From Chitinophagales bacterium (GTDB lineage: Bacteria > Bacteroidota > Bacteroidia > Chitinophagales > Chitinophagaceae), in assembly GCA_031375675.1 (NCBI GenBank), contig JANMIG010000014.1:15934-79933 (forward strand): a stretch of DNA of 64,000 nucleotides. Direction: 5' to 3'. A model generated the notes under the pieces. That model worked only from the letters and a program-made list of their open reading frames with translations, was not told the DNA's origin and made no database searches. Shown in pieces: positions 19,195-28,035 of this stretch; the first letter of the stretch is position 1; the number at the start of each line of letters is the position of its first letter. A program made the position numbers and the translations under genes.

Positions 19195-20931
19195 ATGAAA
19201 CAAGCTAAAATTGGGTTCCTGTTTTTGATTACGGTATTGACAGGCGTAGTGGCAAAAGCCCAGAGCATAGACGAAGGAAAGAAGTTTTTATATTACGAAA
19301 GATATAAAAGTGCAAAAAATATTTTTGAGAAACTGATGGCGGCCAATCCCGCCAATGCTGACGCTGCTTACTGGCTGGGGCAAACGCACCTGGCAATGGA
19401 AGATGTGGCCGGGGCCAAATCCCTGTATCAAAAAGCATTGATGGCCAATAACAACAATCCCCTGCTGATTGCAGCCATCGGGCACATTGAATTGCTGGAA
19501 GGCAAAAACCAGGATGCCCGCAGCCGCTTTGAAACAGCCATCAGCCTGAGCCAGGCAAAAAATATTGCTGTATTAAATGCAGTTGGCCTGGCCAATGTGG
19601 ATGCCAAAGCCGGTGATGCATTGTATGCCATTGACAAATTAAAGGCTGCCACGATACAAAAAGGATTTAAAGACCCGGATGTGTACACAAATATGGGTGA
19701 TGCTTACCGCAAACTTTCAGATGGTGGCAGTGCACTCAGGGCTTACGAAAATGCGCTTGCCATCGTACCAAATTATGCCAAAGCCTCCTACAAAATTGGT
19801 AAAATTTACCAAACACAGGGAAGGCCGCAGGAAGAAATTTACATGCGTTACTACAACGATGCCGTAGCAAAAGATGCAGCTTACGCTCCCGTTTATTTTA
19901 ACCTGTACAATTATTTTTACGAAACCAATGTAACCAGGTCGGCCGAATACCTGGAGAAATACCTGGCCAATTCAGATGATGACCCCAAGAACTGTTATTA
20001 CAGGGCATCTATGAAGTTTGCACAGGGCCTTTTTGCCGAAACTGTAAGTAAAGCTGATGAGTGCATAACCGGGGGTGGCAACGAGCCTTACCCTAACCTC
20101 TATGGCTTAAAAGGATATGCCTATAACCGCCTTGGCGATTCAGTAAATGCTAAAAATAGTTTCGACCAGTACATCCAGAAACAAAAACCTGAAAAATTGG
20201 GGCCTAATGATTTTTCGTCTTATGCAAAAATTTTGCTGAAATTCCCCGATAATGATGTGCTCGCAGGTAATATGATGGACAAAGCCATTGCCGCCGACAC
20301 GCTGGAGAGTGGAAAAACTGACTATGTAAGAACCATGGCCACTTATTACATGGGGCAGAAAAAGTTTAACGAGGCGGCAGACTGGTACAAAAAACTGCTT
20401 TCGGTAAAAAAGAACATTACCAAAACAGATTTGTACAATGCCGGCTACAACTATTACAAGGCTGCCAATTATACCCCGGCCATTGAAATATTTAACCTGT
20501 ATACGCAAAAATTTCCCGAAGACATATTTGGATATTACATGATTGGCAAGGCAAATGCTGCTATAGACAGCACCATGGCGCTTGGCCTGGCCATACCCAG
20601 TTACGAAAAAGCGGCTGCCGTGGGTGAAGCCGCCCCTGATAAGAGTAAGGTGAAAGACCAGCTTTTGCCAACTTACAAATACCTTATTGCATATTATTTT
20701 AATATAAAGAAGGATAAAAAAACGGCACTGGCTTACTGCGAAAAATATTTGCTGGTAGATTCGCTTGATGCTGAGATGCTGGCCAATAAAGAGGCCATCA
20801 GCAAGGCAACATTTGCCCCTGCAAAGCCTGCAGCAGCGCCCAAACCAGCCAAGCCAGACCCCAAGACCCCGGCAAAACCGGCTGCAAAGCCTAAAGCCCC
20901 GGCAAAGCCAGCGCCAAAGAAAAAAGGATAG
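19195..20931 (+). CDS. Tetratricopeptide-repeat secreted protein with a PAK-rich tail
   Basis: Signal peptide, multiple A..YWLG / Y.N.GD.Y TPR patterns and a C-terminal PAKPAA low-complexity segment. Confidence 0.9.
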   Translation: MKQAKIGFLFLITVLTGVVAKAQSIDEGKKFLYYERYKSAKNIFEKLMAANPANADAAYWLGQTHLAMEDVAGAKSLYQKALMANNNNPLLIAAIGHIELLEGKNQDARSRFETAISLSQAKNIAVLNAVGLANVDAKAGDALYAIDKLKAATIQKGFKDPDVYTNMGDAYRKLSDGGSALRAYENALAIVPNYAKASYKIGKIYQTQGRPQEEIYMRYYNDAVAKDAAYAPVYFNLYNYFYETNVTRSAEYLEKYLANSDDDPKNCYYRASMKFAQGLFAETVSKADECITGGGNEPYPNLYGLKGYAYNRLGDSVNAKNSFDQYIQKQKPEKLGPNDFSSYAKILLKFPDNDVLAGNMMDKAIAADTLESGKTDYVRTMATYYMGQKKFNEAADWYKKLLSVKKNITKTDLYNAGYNYYKAANYTPAIEIFNLYTQKFPEDIFGYYMIGKANAAIDSTMALGLAIPSYEKAAAVGEAAPDKSKVKDQLLPTYKYLIAYYFNIKKDKKTALAYCEKYLLVDSLDAEMLANKEAISKATFAPAKPAAAPKPAKPDPKTPAKPAAKPKAPAKPAPKKKG

Positions 20932-20950
20932 TCATACGAACTTTATGCTT

Positions 20951-20990
20951 AAATCCCTGTTTACCATTGCGGTAACAGGGATTTTCGTTT
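20951..20990 (+). terminator. Intrinsic terminator
   Basis: AAATCCCTGT-T-TACC/GGTA-ACAGGGATTT stem followed by T-rich sequence. Confidence 0.75.
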
Positions 20991-21073
20991 TGTGCGGAAA
21001 TGCAAACTGTTTTTTCTTGGTTATTGCCCCTGCTGCCTTATTTTTGCCATGCAACATTAATTTGCACTATAAT

Positions 21074-21466
21074 ATGGATTTTTCGCTCTTACAAGCAGGC
21101 GTAAACAGTTCCTCCAACTATTTGCCAATAGGTATACAGCTCATTTTTGCCATTGGTTTTATTGCCACCATGATGTTTCTAACGCATAAAATGGGGCCAA
21201 AACGCAAAACCAGTGACAAATTAGAGAATTTTGAAAGCGGTATAGCCGTACAGGGGAATGCCAGGCAACCCATGGCCATCAAGTACTTCCTGGTAGCCAT
21301 CCTGTTTGTGTTATTTGACGTGGAAGTTATTTTCTTTTACCCCTATGCCGTAAATTTTAAAGAACTTGGATGGCAGGGCCTGGGGGCTGTAGCCATGTTT
21401 GTGGGCCTTTTTATAGCGGGGTTCATATACATAGTTAAAAAAGGTGCGCTGAAGTGGGAAGACTGA
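21074..21466 (+). CDS. nuoA: NADH-quinone oxidoreductase subunit A
   Basis: KLENFESG and YFLVAILFVLFDVEVIFFYPYA. Start moved to MDFS. Confidence 0.95.
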   Translation: MDFSLLQAGVNSSSNYLPIGIQLIFAIGFIATMMFLTHKMGPKRKTSDKLENFESGIAVQGNARQPMAIKYFLVAILFVLFDVEVIFFYPYAVNFKELGWQGLGAVAMFVGLFIAGFIYIVKKGALKWED

Positions 21467-21547
21467 GCTATTGTGCAAATGAAACAATAGGCAAATGTGC
21501 AAATTGAAGAATTAAGAAGAACAAACATTACAAATAAATTAAGGATT

Positions 21548-22108
21548 ATGCGTCCGGTACAATATAACAATAAAGTGAAGTTTGATGGTATTCCTGAGGG
21601 ATACATGGGAGAGGGTTTTATGGCTACTTCTTTTGAAAAAGTAGTAGGGCTTGCCCGCAAAAACTCTATCTGGCCGCTGCCTTTTGCCACCAGTTGCTGT
21701 GGTATTGAGTTTATGGCCACCATGGCCAGCCATTACGACCTGGCACGGTTTGGCAGCGAAAGGGTTGGCTTTTCGCCCAGGCAATGCGATTTGCTGATGG
21801 TGATGGGTACCATTGCTAAAAAAATGGGGCCGGTATTAAAACAGGTGTACTTGCAAATGGCCGAACCACGCTGGGTTTTGTCAGTAGGTGCCTGTGCCTG
21901 CAGCGGCGGTATTTTTGATACTTATTCTGTATTGCAGGGTATTGACCAGATAATTCCTGTAGACGTATATGTGCCCGGGTGTCCCCCAAGGCCAGAAGCC
22001 ATTTTAGATGGTTTTATGAAAATACAGGATCTGGTACATAATGAAAGCCTGAGAAGACGCCACAGCGACAGGTATAAGGATTTACTGGCAAGTTATGGAA
22101 TACAGTAA
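21548..22108 (+). CDS. nuoB: NADH-quinone oxidoreductase subunit B
   Basis: FATSCCGIEFM and DVYVPGCPPRPE. Start moved to MRPV. Confidence 0.97.
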   Translation: MRPVQYNNKVKFDGIPEGYMGEGFMATSFEKVVGLARKNSIWPLPFATSCCGIEFMATMASHYDLARFGSERVGFSPRQCDLLMVMGTIAKKMGPVLKQVYLQMAEPRWVLSVGACACSGGIFDTYSVLQGIDQIIPVDVYVPGCPPRPEAILDGFMKIQDLVHNESLRRRHSDRYKDLLASYGIQ

Positions 22109-22175
22109 TAATTTGCAAATATGACAATGGGCCAATTTGCAAATTAAAAAGACAAGAAAACGATAATATTTAATA

Positions 22176-22679
22176 ATGGCTTTATCTAACGAGCAGGTGC
22201 AGCAAAAGCTGACGGAGAAATTTGGTGACGAGTTAACCAATTGGGAGGAGCAGTATGGTCTGCTCACTTTTACTGCGCCCAAAGAGCTGAATCTTAAAGT
22301 ATTGCAGTACCTGTTTGACGAAGAATCGCTGAAATTCAGGTTTTTAACGGATATATGTGCCGTTCATTTCCCTGATAATAAGGGGGCTGAACTGGCAGTG
22401 GTATATCACCTGCACAATCTTACCGATAATATCAGGCTGCGTTTTAAGGTATTTACAGATATCAGCACCCCGGATGTATACAGCGCCACGGCCTTGTATG
22501 CCAGCGCCAACTGGATGGAAAGGGAAACCTACGATTTTTACGGGGTGAATTTTGTGGGCCATCCCAATTTAATACGGGTACTCAATGTAGATGAAATGGA
22601 TTATTTTCCGCTGCGCAAAGAGTTTCCGCTGGAAGACCAGACCAGGATTGACAAGGATGATGAGATGTTTGGCAGATAG
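22176..22679 (+). CDS. nuoC: NADH-quinone oxidoreductase subunit C
   Basis: ANWMERETYDFYG..FVGHPNL and FPLRKEFPL. Confidence 0.96.
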   Translation: MALSNEQVQQKLTEKFGDELTNWEEQYGLLTFTAPKELNLKVLQYLFDEESLKFRFLTDICAVHFPDNKGAELAVVYHLHNLTDNIRLRFKVFTDISTPDVYSATALYASANWMERETYDFYGVNFVGHPNLIRVLNVDEMDYFPLRKEFPLEDQTRIDKDDEMFGR

Positions 22680-22683
22680 GATT

Positions 22684-22800
22684 ATGTGCTGATGTGCTGA
22701 TTTGATAATGTGCTGATGGGATAATTAAGGAATGTGCAAATGGGCAAATGTGCAAATGAAATAATGTGCTGATGGGATAATCCCGGATATCCGGGACAAG
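22684..22800. repeat. Octamer tract plus a perfect 16-bp palindrome in the nuoC-nuoD spacer
   Basis: GTGCTGAT and GCAAATGG/GCAAATGT octamers; TCCCGGATATCCGGGA at 22781-22796. Confidence 0.8.
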
Positions 22801-22875
22801 TGGTGCTGATGGCCAACAAGCAACTAAAAACAACCCGTAACAAAAATAAAACAAAGCTCCGCAGGAGCAACAGGT

Positions 22876-24096
22876 ATGAGCGAACATATTTTATTACCGG
22901 AAGGCAGTATAGAAAAGCAAACGACCACATTGAACCTGGGGCCCACGCACCCGGCCACGCATGGCGTTTTTCAGAATATACTGGAAATGGATGGCGAACG
23001 CATTGTGGATGCAGTAAGCACTGTTGGCTATATTCACCGTGCTTTTGAAAAACTGGCTGAGCGCAGGCCGCTGTACCAGATCACTCCCATTACCGACAGG
23101 CTGAATTACTGCTCCTCCCCCATCAACAATATGGGCTGGCACCTCACATGCGAAAAACTGCTGCAGGTAAAAACGCCCAAAAGGGTGGATTACCTCCGCA
23201 TCATCATCATGGAACTGGCCCGCATCAGCGATCACCTTATCTGCAACAGTATTGTAGGGGTTGATACCGGTGCTTACAGCGGATTTTTGTACCTGATGCA
23301 ATACCGTGAACTTATTTATGAAATATATGAAGAAGTATGTGGCTCCCGTCTTACTACTAATATTGGGCGTATTGGCGGTTTTGAAAGGAATTTCACAAAT
23401 ACGGCGTTTGAAAAACTAGAGAAATTCCTCAAGGAATATCCGGGCGTGCTGAAGGAGTTTGAAAACCTTTTCAACCGCAGCCGTATTTTTATCGACCGTA
23501 CAGTGGGCGTAGGTGCCATCAGTGCCGAAAGAGCGCTGAGCTATGGCTACACAGGCCCTAACCTGCGCAGTGCTGGTGTGGACTATGATGTAAGGGTGCA
23601 TTCGCCCTACAGTTCTTACGAAGACCTTGACTTTACCATACCGCTGGGCAAAACCGGCGATTGTTATGATAAGTTTTTAGTTCGCAACGAAGAAATGTGG
23701 CAGAGCCTGAGCATCATCCGCCAGGCATACCAGAAGGTGCAGGAGTTTAAAGGTGCCGAAGCTGATGTGTTTCATGCTGACTCTCCGGCTTACTACCTGC
23801 CTGAGAAAAAAGATGTGTACACCAAGATGGAAGCCCTTATATACCATTTTAAAATCATCATGGGCGAAACGGATATACCTGCCGGTGAAGTGTACCAGAG
23901 TGTGGAAGGTGCTAATGGCGAACTGGGGTACTACCTCATCAGCGATGGCGGCAGAACGCCCTACAGGCTGCATTTCCGCAGGCCATGTTTTGTGTATTAC
24001 CAGAGTTACCCTGAACTGATAAAGGGCGGAATGCTGAGTGATGCCGTGGTGTGTATGAGCAGTTTGAATTTGATAGCAGGGGAATTGGATGCTTAA
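22876..24096 (+). CDS. nuoD: NADH-quinone oxidoreductase subunit D
   Basis: LNLGPTHPATHGV, GYIHRAFEK, DRLNY and GELDA end. Confidence 0.97.
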   Translation: MSEHILLPEGSIEKQTTTLNLGPTHPATHGVFQNILEMDGERIVDAVSTVGYIHRAFEKLAERRPLYQITPITDRLNYCSSPINNMGWHLTCEKLLQVKTPKRVDYLRIIIMELARISDHLICNSIVGVDTGAYSGFLYLMQYRELIYEIYEEVCGSRLTTNIGRIGGFERNFTNTAFEKLEKFLKEYPGVLKEFENLFNRSRIFIDRTVGVGAISAERALSYGYTGPNLRSAGVDYDVRVHSPYSSYEDLDFTIPLGKTGDCYDKFLVRNEEMWQSLSIIRQAYQKVQEFKGAEADVFHADSPAYYLPEKKDVYTKMEALIYHFKIIMGETDIPAGEVYQSVEGANGELGYYLISDGGRTPYRLHFRRPCFVYYQSYPELIKGGMLSDAVVCMSSLNLIAGELDA

Positions 24097-24100
24097 TTAA

Positions 24101-24227
24101 TTTGCAAATGGGCAAATGAAACAATATGCAAATGCCTTTGTGCTGAATGAGTAGCTGAGGAAATAGCCAAACATCTGATTGAACGGGGTTTATTTTGCAT
24201 ATTTGCCCATTGGCATATTTGCACATT
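24101..24227. repeat. Inverted GCAAAT-type octamer tracts in the nuoD-nuoE spacer
   Basis: AATGGGCAAAT (24107-24117) pairs with ATTTGCCCATT (24201-24211); AATATGCAAA pairs with TTTGCATATT. Confidence 0.7.
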
Positions 24228-24257
24228 ATAAGAAAAATTACAAACAAAATAAACTGC

Positions 24258-24752
24258 ATGAGTAAACAGTTTTCAGCAGAAAAATTAAATAAGGTAAGCG
24301 AAATCATCAGCCGCTACCCCGAGGGCAGGCAAAAAAGTGCGCTGCTGCCGGTACTGCATATGGCACAGGATGAGTTTGGTGGCTGGTTAAGTGCTGAAAC
24401 GATGGACTATGTGGCATCGTTGCTGCAGATAGAGCCGATAGAAGTATATGAAGTAGCTACTTTTTACAGCATGTACAACCTGCAGCCAGTGGGAAAGTAC
24501 ATGTTTGAGGTTTGCCACACTGGCCCCTGCATGGTGAGTGGCAGTGACAATATCATCAATTATATTACCGAGAAACTGGGCATTAAAGCCGGTGAAACTA
24601 CGGCGGATGGCCTGTTTACGCTAAAAACGGTGGAGTGCCTGGGTGCCTGCGGCTACGCACCTATGATGCAGCTGGGCAAAACATACCGGGAACATTTAAC
24701 AAAGGAAAGAGTGGATGAGATTATTGCGGAGTGCAGGGCAAAGGCGAATTAG
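24258..24752 (+). CDS. nuoE: NADH-quinone oxidoreductase subunit E
   Basis: EVATFYSMY and CHTGPC...ECLGAC 2Fe-2S ligands. Start moved to MSKQ. Confidence 0.96.
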   Translation: MSKQFSAEKLNKVSEIISRYPEGRQKSALLPVLHMAQDEFGGWLSAETMDYVASLLQIEPIEVYEVATFYSMYNLQPVGKYMFEVCHTGPCMVSGSDNIINYITEKLGIKAGETTADGLFTLKTVECLGACGYAPMMQLGKTYREHLTKERVDEIIAECRAKAN

Positions 24753-24789
24753 ATTTTACAAATTGATACGTGTAACTAAATAATATTTT

Positions 24790-25011
24790 ATGGCAAAAAA
24801 AATTCATTTACCAATACTGATTGAGCAGGATGAGGATAAAGTGTATATCGTTTCCTGCCCGCAGTTTAAGGGCTGTCATTCCTATGGTAATACTATTGAA
24901 GAAGCCATGCAGAATATTCATGAAGTTATAGAAATGTGCCTGGAGGAAGAAAAGATTGAAAACGTAAATGATTTTGTTGGATTCAGGGAAATGGAATTTG
25001 AACTGGCTTAA
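24790..25011 (+). CDS. hicB: HicB-like antitoxin (UPF0150 domain only)
   Basis: IEQDEDKVYIVSCPQFKGCHSYGNTIEEAMQNIHEVIEM. No DNA-binding domain (73 aa). Confidence 0.85.
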   Translation: MAKKIHLPILIEQDEDKVYIVSCPQFKGCHSYGNTIEEAMQNIHEVIEMCLEEEKIENVNDFVGFREMEFELA

Positions 25012-25019
25012 TGTGAGTT

Positions 25020-25262
25020 ATGGGAAACAAGCAGGTTGTATTAAGTGGTAAAGACTTGGTAAGGTTATTGGAAAAGATGGGATTTGTTGTTGTGAGGATA
25101 AATGGTTCTCATCATAGAATGCGGCATGAAGATGGAAGGGTAACAACTATACCAGTTCATAAAAATGATGACTTGCCAAAAGGATTGATGCGTAAGATAA
25201 TCAGGGAAGATTTGAAAATGGAATTGGAGGACTTTGAAAATAAATTAAAGGATTTAATCTAA
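25020..25262 (+). CDS. hicA: HicA family toxin (dsRBD-fold mRNA interferase)
   Basis: SGKDLVRLLEKMGF...GSHH...TTIPVH..DLPKG..RKI. Confidence 0.9.
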   Translation: MGNKQVVLSGKDLVRLLEKMGFVVVRINGSHHRMRHEDGRVTTIPVHKNDDLPKGLMRKIIREDLKMELEDFENKLKDLI

Positions 25263-25265
25263 AAC

Positions 25266-25673
25266 ATGGTATTAAACGCATACATACATTTCCCCGGCAA
25301 TGCACAGGAAGCATTGGATTTTTATACCTCAGCATTGGGTGGAGAAGTGGTGTTTATGCAGCGCTACGGCGACAGCCCCATGCCCGCTGATGAGGAGTAC
25401 AAAAACAAAGTGATGCATGCACGCCTTGCATTTGATGGAAACATATTCATGGTATCGGATGTGTTCAAAGGGCAGCCGGTTAATACCAACGGCAATATCC
25501 AACTGAGCGTAAATGTGGAAACGGTTGAGCGGCTCAATGAGGTATTTGAAAAGATGAGTGAAGGCGGTACAGTTTCCATGCCTTTGCAGGATGCGTTCTG
25601 GGGCTCAAGGTTTGGCATGCTGCAGGACAGGTTTGGCGTAAACTGGATGTTTAATTGTGAATTGAAAAAATAA
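25266..25673 (+). CDS. VOC family protein (PhnB-like)
   Basis: YIHFPGNAQEALDFY, KVMHARL and MPLQDAFWGSRFGMLQDRFGVNWM. Confidence 0.9.
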   Translation: MVLNAYIHFPGNAQEALDFYTSALGGEVVFMQRYGDSPMPADEEYKNKVMHARLAFDGNIFMVSDVFKGQPVNTNGNIQLSVNVETVERLNEVFEKMSEGGTVSMPLQDAFWGSRFGMLQDRFGVNWMFNCELKK

Positions 25674-25798
25674 GCGGGAAGGATAAGTGACGGGAAAGGT
25701 TCAGTAGCGATACGCTGTACAAGAGTGCGACGCCACTGAAGCAGGGAAAAGAACAAATGTTAGTAACAAAAGTAAAAATTTGCTAAAAGCAAATCAAT

Positions 25799-27151
25799 AT
25801 GGCTAAAAAATTATTATTAGCAAACGCACATGTACCGGGTATCCGCAGCTACGAAGTGTACCGCCGCGAAGGTGGCTACCGCAGCGTGGAAAAAGCATTA
25901 AAGATGCAACCGGCCGATATTGTGGAAGAAGTGAAGAAAAGCGGGCTGCGTGGCCGTGGCGGTGCAGGCTTTCCTGCGGGTATGAAGTGGAGTTTTATTG
26001 CCAAACCCGAAGGCGTTCCCCGTCACCTGGTATGCAATGCCGACGAAAGTGAGCCGGGTACTTTTAAAGACAGGTACCTGATGGAATTTATTCCGCACCT
26101 GCTGGTAGAAGGAATGATTGTGTCTTCTTTTGCGCTGGGCAGCAATGTGAGTTATATCTACATCCGTGGCGAGTATGCCTGGATAGTGGACATACTGGAA
26201 ACAGCCATAAGTGAAGCAAAGGCCAACGGCTTTTTGGGTAAAAATATACAGGGCAGTGGCTTTGATTGCGAAATATATGTACATCGTGGAGCCGGTGCCT
26301 ATATCTGCGGAGAAGAAACCGCACTGATTGAAAGCCTGGAGGGCAAACGTGGTAATCCACGGATAAAGCCGCCCTTCCCTGCTGTAAAAGGTGTGTGGGA
26401 CAGGCCAACAGTAGTGAACAATGTGGAAACCCTGGCTGCAGTAGTGCCCATCATCAACGATGGTGGCGAGGAATATGCAAAAATCGGCGTTGGCCGCTCC
26501 ACGGGTACCAAACTGATGTCGGCCTGCGGTAATATCAATAAGCCGGGTGTGTATGAAATTGATATGACCATCAGCGTGGAGGAATTTATCTTCAGCGATG
26601 AATATTGTGGCGGTATTGCCAATGGAAAAAGGTTGAAAGCCTGTATCCCGGGTGGTTCTTCTGTGCCCATTTTACCTGCCAACCTGCTGCTGAAAACGGC
26701 TAAGGGTGAGCCAAGGCTGATGAATTACGAGAGCCTTTCGGATGGTGGTTTTGCTACCGGCAGTATGATGGGCAGCGGTGGTTTTGAAGTGCTGGATGAA
26801 GACCAGTGTATTGTGCGCCATACCTATTCGCTGGCCAGGTTTTACCACCACGAAAGCTGCGGCCAATGCAGCCCCTGCCGTGAGGGTACCGGCTGGATGA
26901 AAAAGATACTGCACAATATCGAATACGGCAAAGGCAAAATGAGCGATATTGAATTGTTGTGGGATATACAGCGCAAGATAGAGGGTAATACCATTTGCCC
27001 GCTGGGTGATGCAGCAGCATGGCCCGTAGCAGCGGCCATCCGCCATTTCAGGGATGAGTTTGAATGGCATGTGCTGAACCCGGAGGAATGTTTGACAAGA
27101 AATTACGGGCTGGCGCATTATGCCGACCCATTGGAACTGGCAAAAGCATAA
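25799..27151 (+). CDS. nuoF: NADH-quinone oxidoreductase subunit F
   Basis: SGLRGRGGAGFP, NADESEPGTFKD, GAGAYICGEETAL and CGQCSPCREG. Confidence 0.98.
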   Translation: MAKKLLLANAHVPGIRSYEVYRREGGYRSVEKALKMQPADIVEEVKKSGLRGRGGAGFPAGMKWSFIAKPEGVPRHLVCNADESEPGTFKDRYLMEFIPHLLVEGMIVSSFALGSNVSYIYIRGEYAWIVDILETAISEAKANGFLGKNIQGSGFDCEIYVHRGAGAYICGEETALIESLEGKRGNPRIKPPFPAVKGVWDRPTVVNNVETLAAVVPIINDGGEEYAKIGVGRSTGTKLMSACGNINKPGVYEIDMTISVEEFIFSDEYCGGIANGKRLKACIPGGSSVPILPANLLLKTAKGEPRLMNYESLSDGGFATGSMMGSGGFEVLDEDQCIVRHTYSLARFYHHESCGQCSPCREGTGWMKKILHNIEYGKGKMSDIELLWDIQRKIEGNTICPLGDAAAWPVAAAIRHFRDEFEWHVLNPEECLTRNYGLAHYADPLELAKA

Positions 27152-27183
27152 AGGAGATAAACGATAAACAGGAATTGTACTTT

Positions 27184-28017
27184 ATGAAAATCATCGGAGC
27201 GGCGTTGTTGCTTTTGTTGGCAGCAACAACGGCAAGGGCGCAGGATATAAAAAAATATGATCCCCTGAAAAAGGGTCAGTTTTATGTATATTGGGGCTGG
27301 AACAGGGAGTGTTACTCAAGGAGTGATATAACACTGAAAGGGGCAGATTATGATATTAAATTGCTGAATGTAAGGGCAAAAGACAAGCCTACTAAGTTAT
27401 CCTATCATAATTACCTCCAGCCCGACAGGGTAACCATACCGCAAACAAATGTGCGGATTGGTTATTTTATCAAGCCAGGGTTGGCAGTGAGTGTTGGGGT
27501 TGATCACATGAAGTATGTTGTAAGTAATAATCAGACTGTAACGGCATTGGGAACGATAAACAGACCAGGGCAGTTTGAAAGAGTATTTGGAGGCCCGGAA
27601 CAGCTCACAACAGATTTTTTGACATTTGAGCATACTGACGGGTTGAATTATGTACATTTTGCCGTGGAGAAATACAAAGAGTTGTACCACTCCAAAACGG
27701 AGAAATGTATTGTAAACTGGTATTATGGAGCAGGAGCAGGTGTGCTGGTGCCAAAAACAAATGTGAAGTTCCTGGATTATGAACGCAACGACAGGTTTCA
27801 TGTATCAGGTTACGGAATAAGTGGGGTTGCGGGTATGCAGGGTGTATTTTTTAAGCATTTTATTATGCGGTTAGAAACAAAGGGTGGTTACATCAATATG
27901 CCGGACATTATCCTGCATAAAAAAGGTGTTGAAGGAAGGGGCAGGCAGCATTTCTTTTTTGGAGAGGCATTTTGGGCGCTGGGAGCAACATACAATTTGA
28001 ATAGGAAAAGAAAGTAA
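27184..28017 (+). CDS. Secreted hypothetical protein, probable outer-membrane beta-barrel
   Basis: Signal peptide ending AQ, amphipathic aromatic strands (FYVYWGWNR, GYFI, WYYGAGAG) and C-terminal LGATYNL. Start moved to MKII. Confidence 0.7.
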   Translation: MKIIGAALLLLLAATTARAQDIKKYDPLKKGQFYVYWGWNRECYSRSDITLKGADYDIKLLNVRAKDKPTKLSYHNYLQPDRVTIPQTNVRIGYFIKPGLAVSVGVDHMKYVVSNNQTVTALGTINRPGQFERVFGGPEQLTTDFLTFEHTDGLNYVHFAVEKYKELYHSKTEKCIVNWYYGAGAGVLVPKTNVKFLDYERNDRFHVSGYGISGVAGMQGVFFKHFIMRLETKGGYINMPDIILHKKGVEGRGRQHFFFGEAFWALGATYNLNRKRK

Positions 28018-28035
28018 ACGTATTAAAAAAGATTT

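Noticed and set aside
20765-21073. N-terminal extension of nuoA given by the ORF track
   Set aside because: It overlaps the TPR gene and spans a terminator; the start at 21074 gives a normal NuoA. Similar extensions were trimmed for rlmN, nuoB, nuoE, pckA and others.
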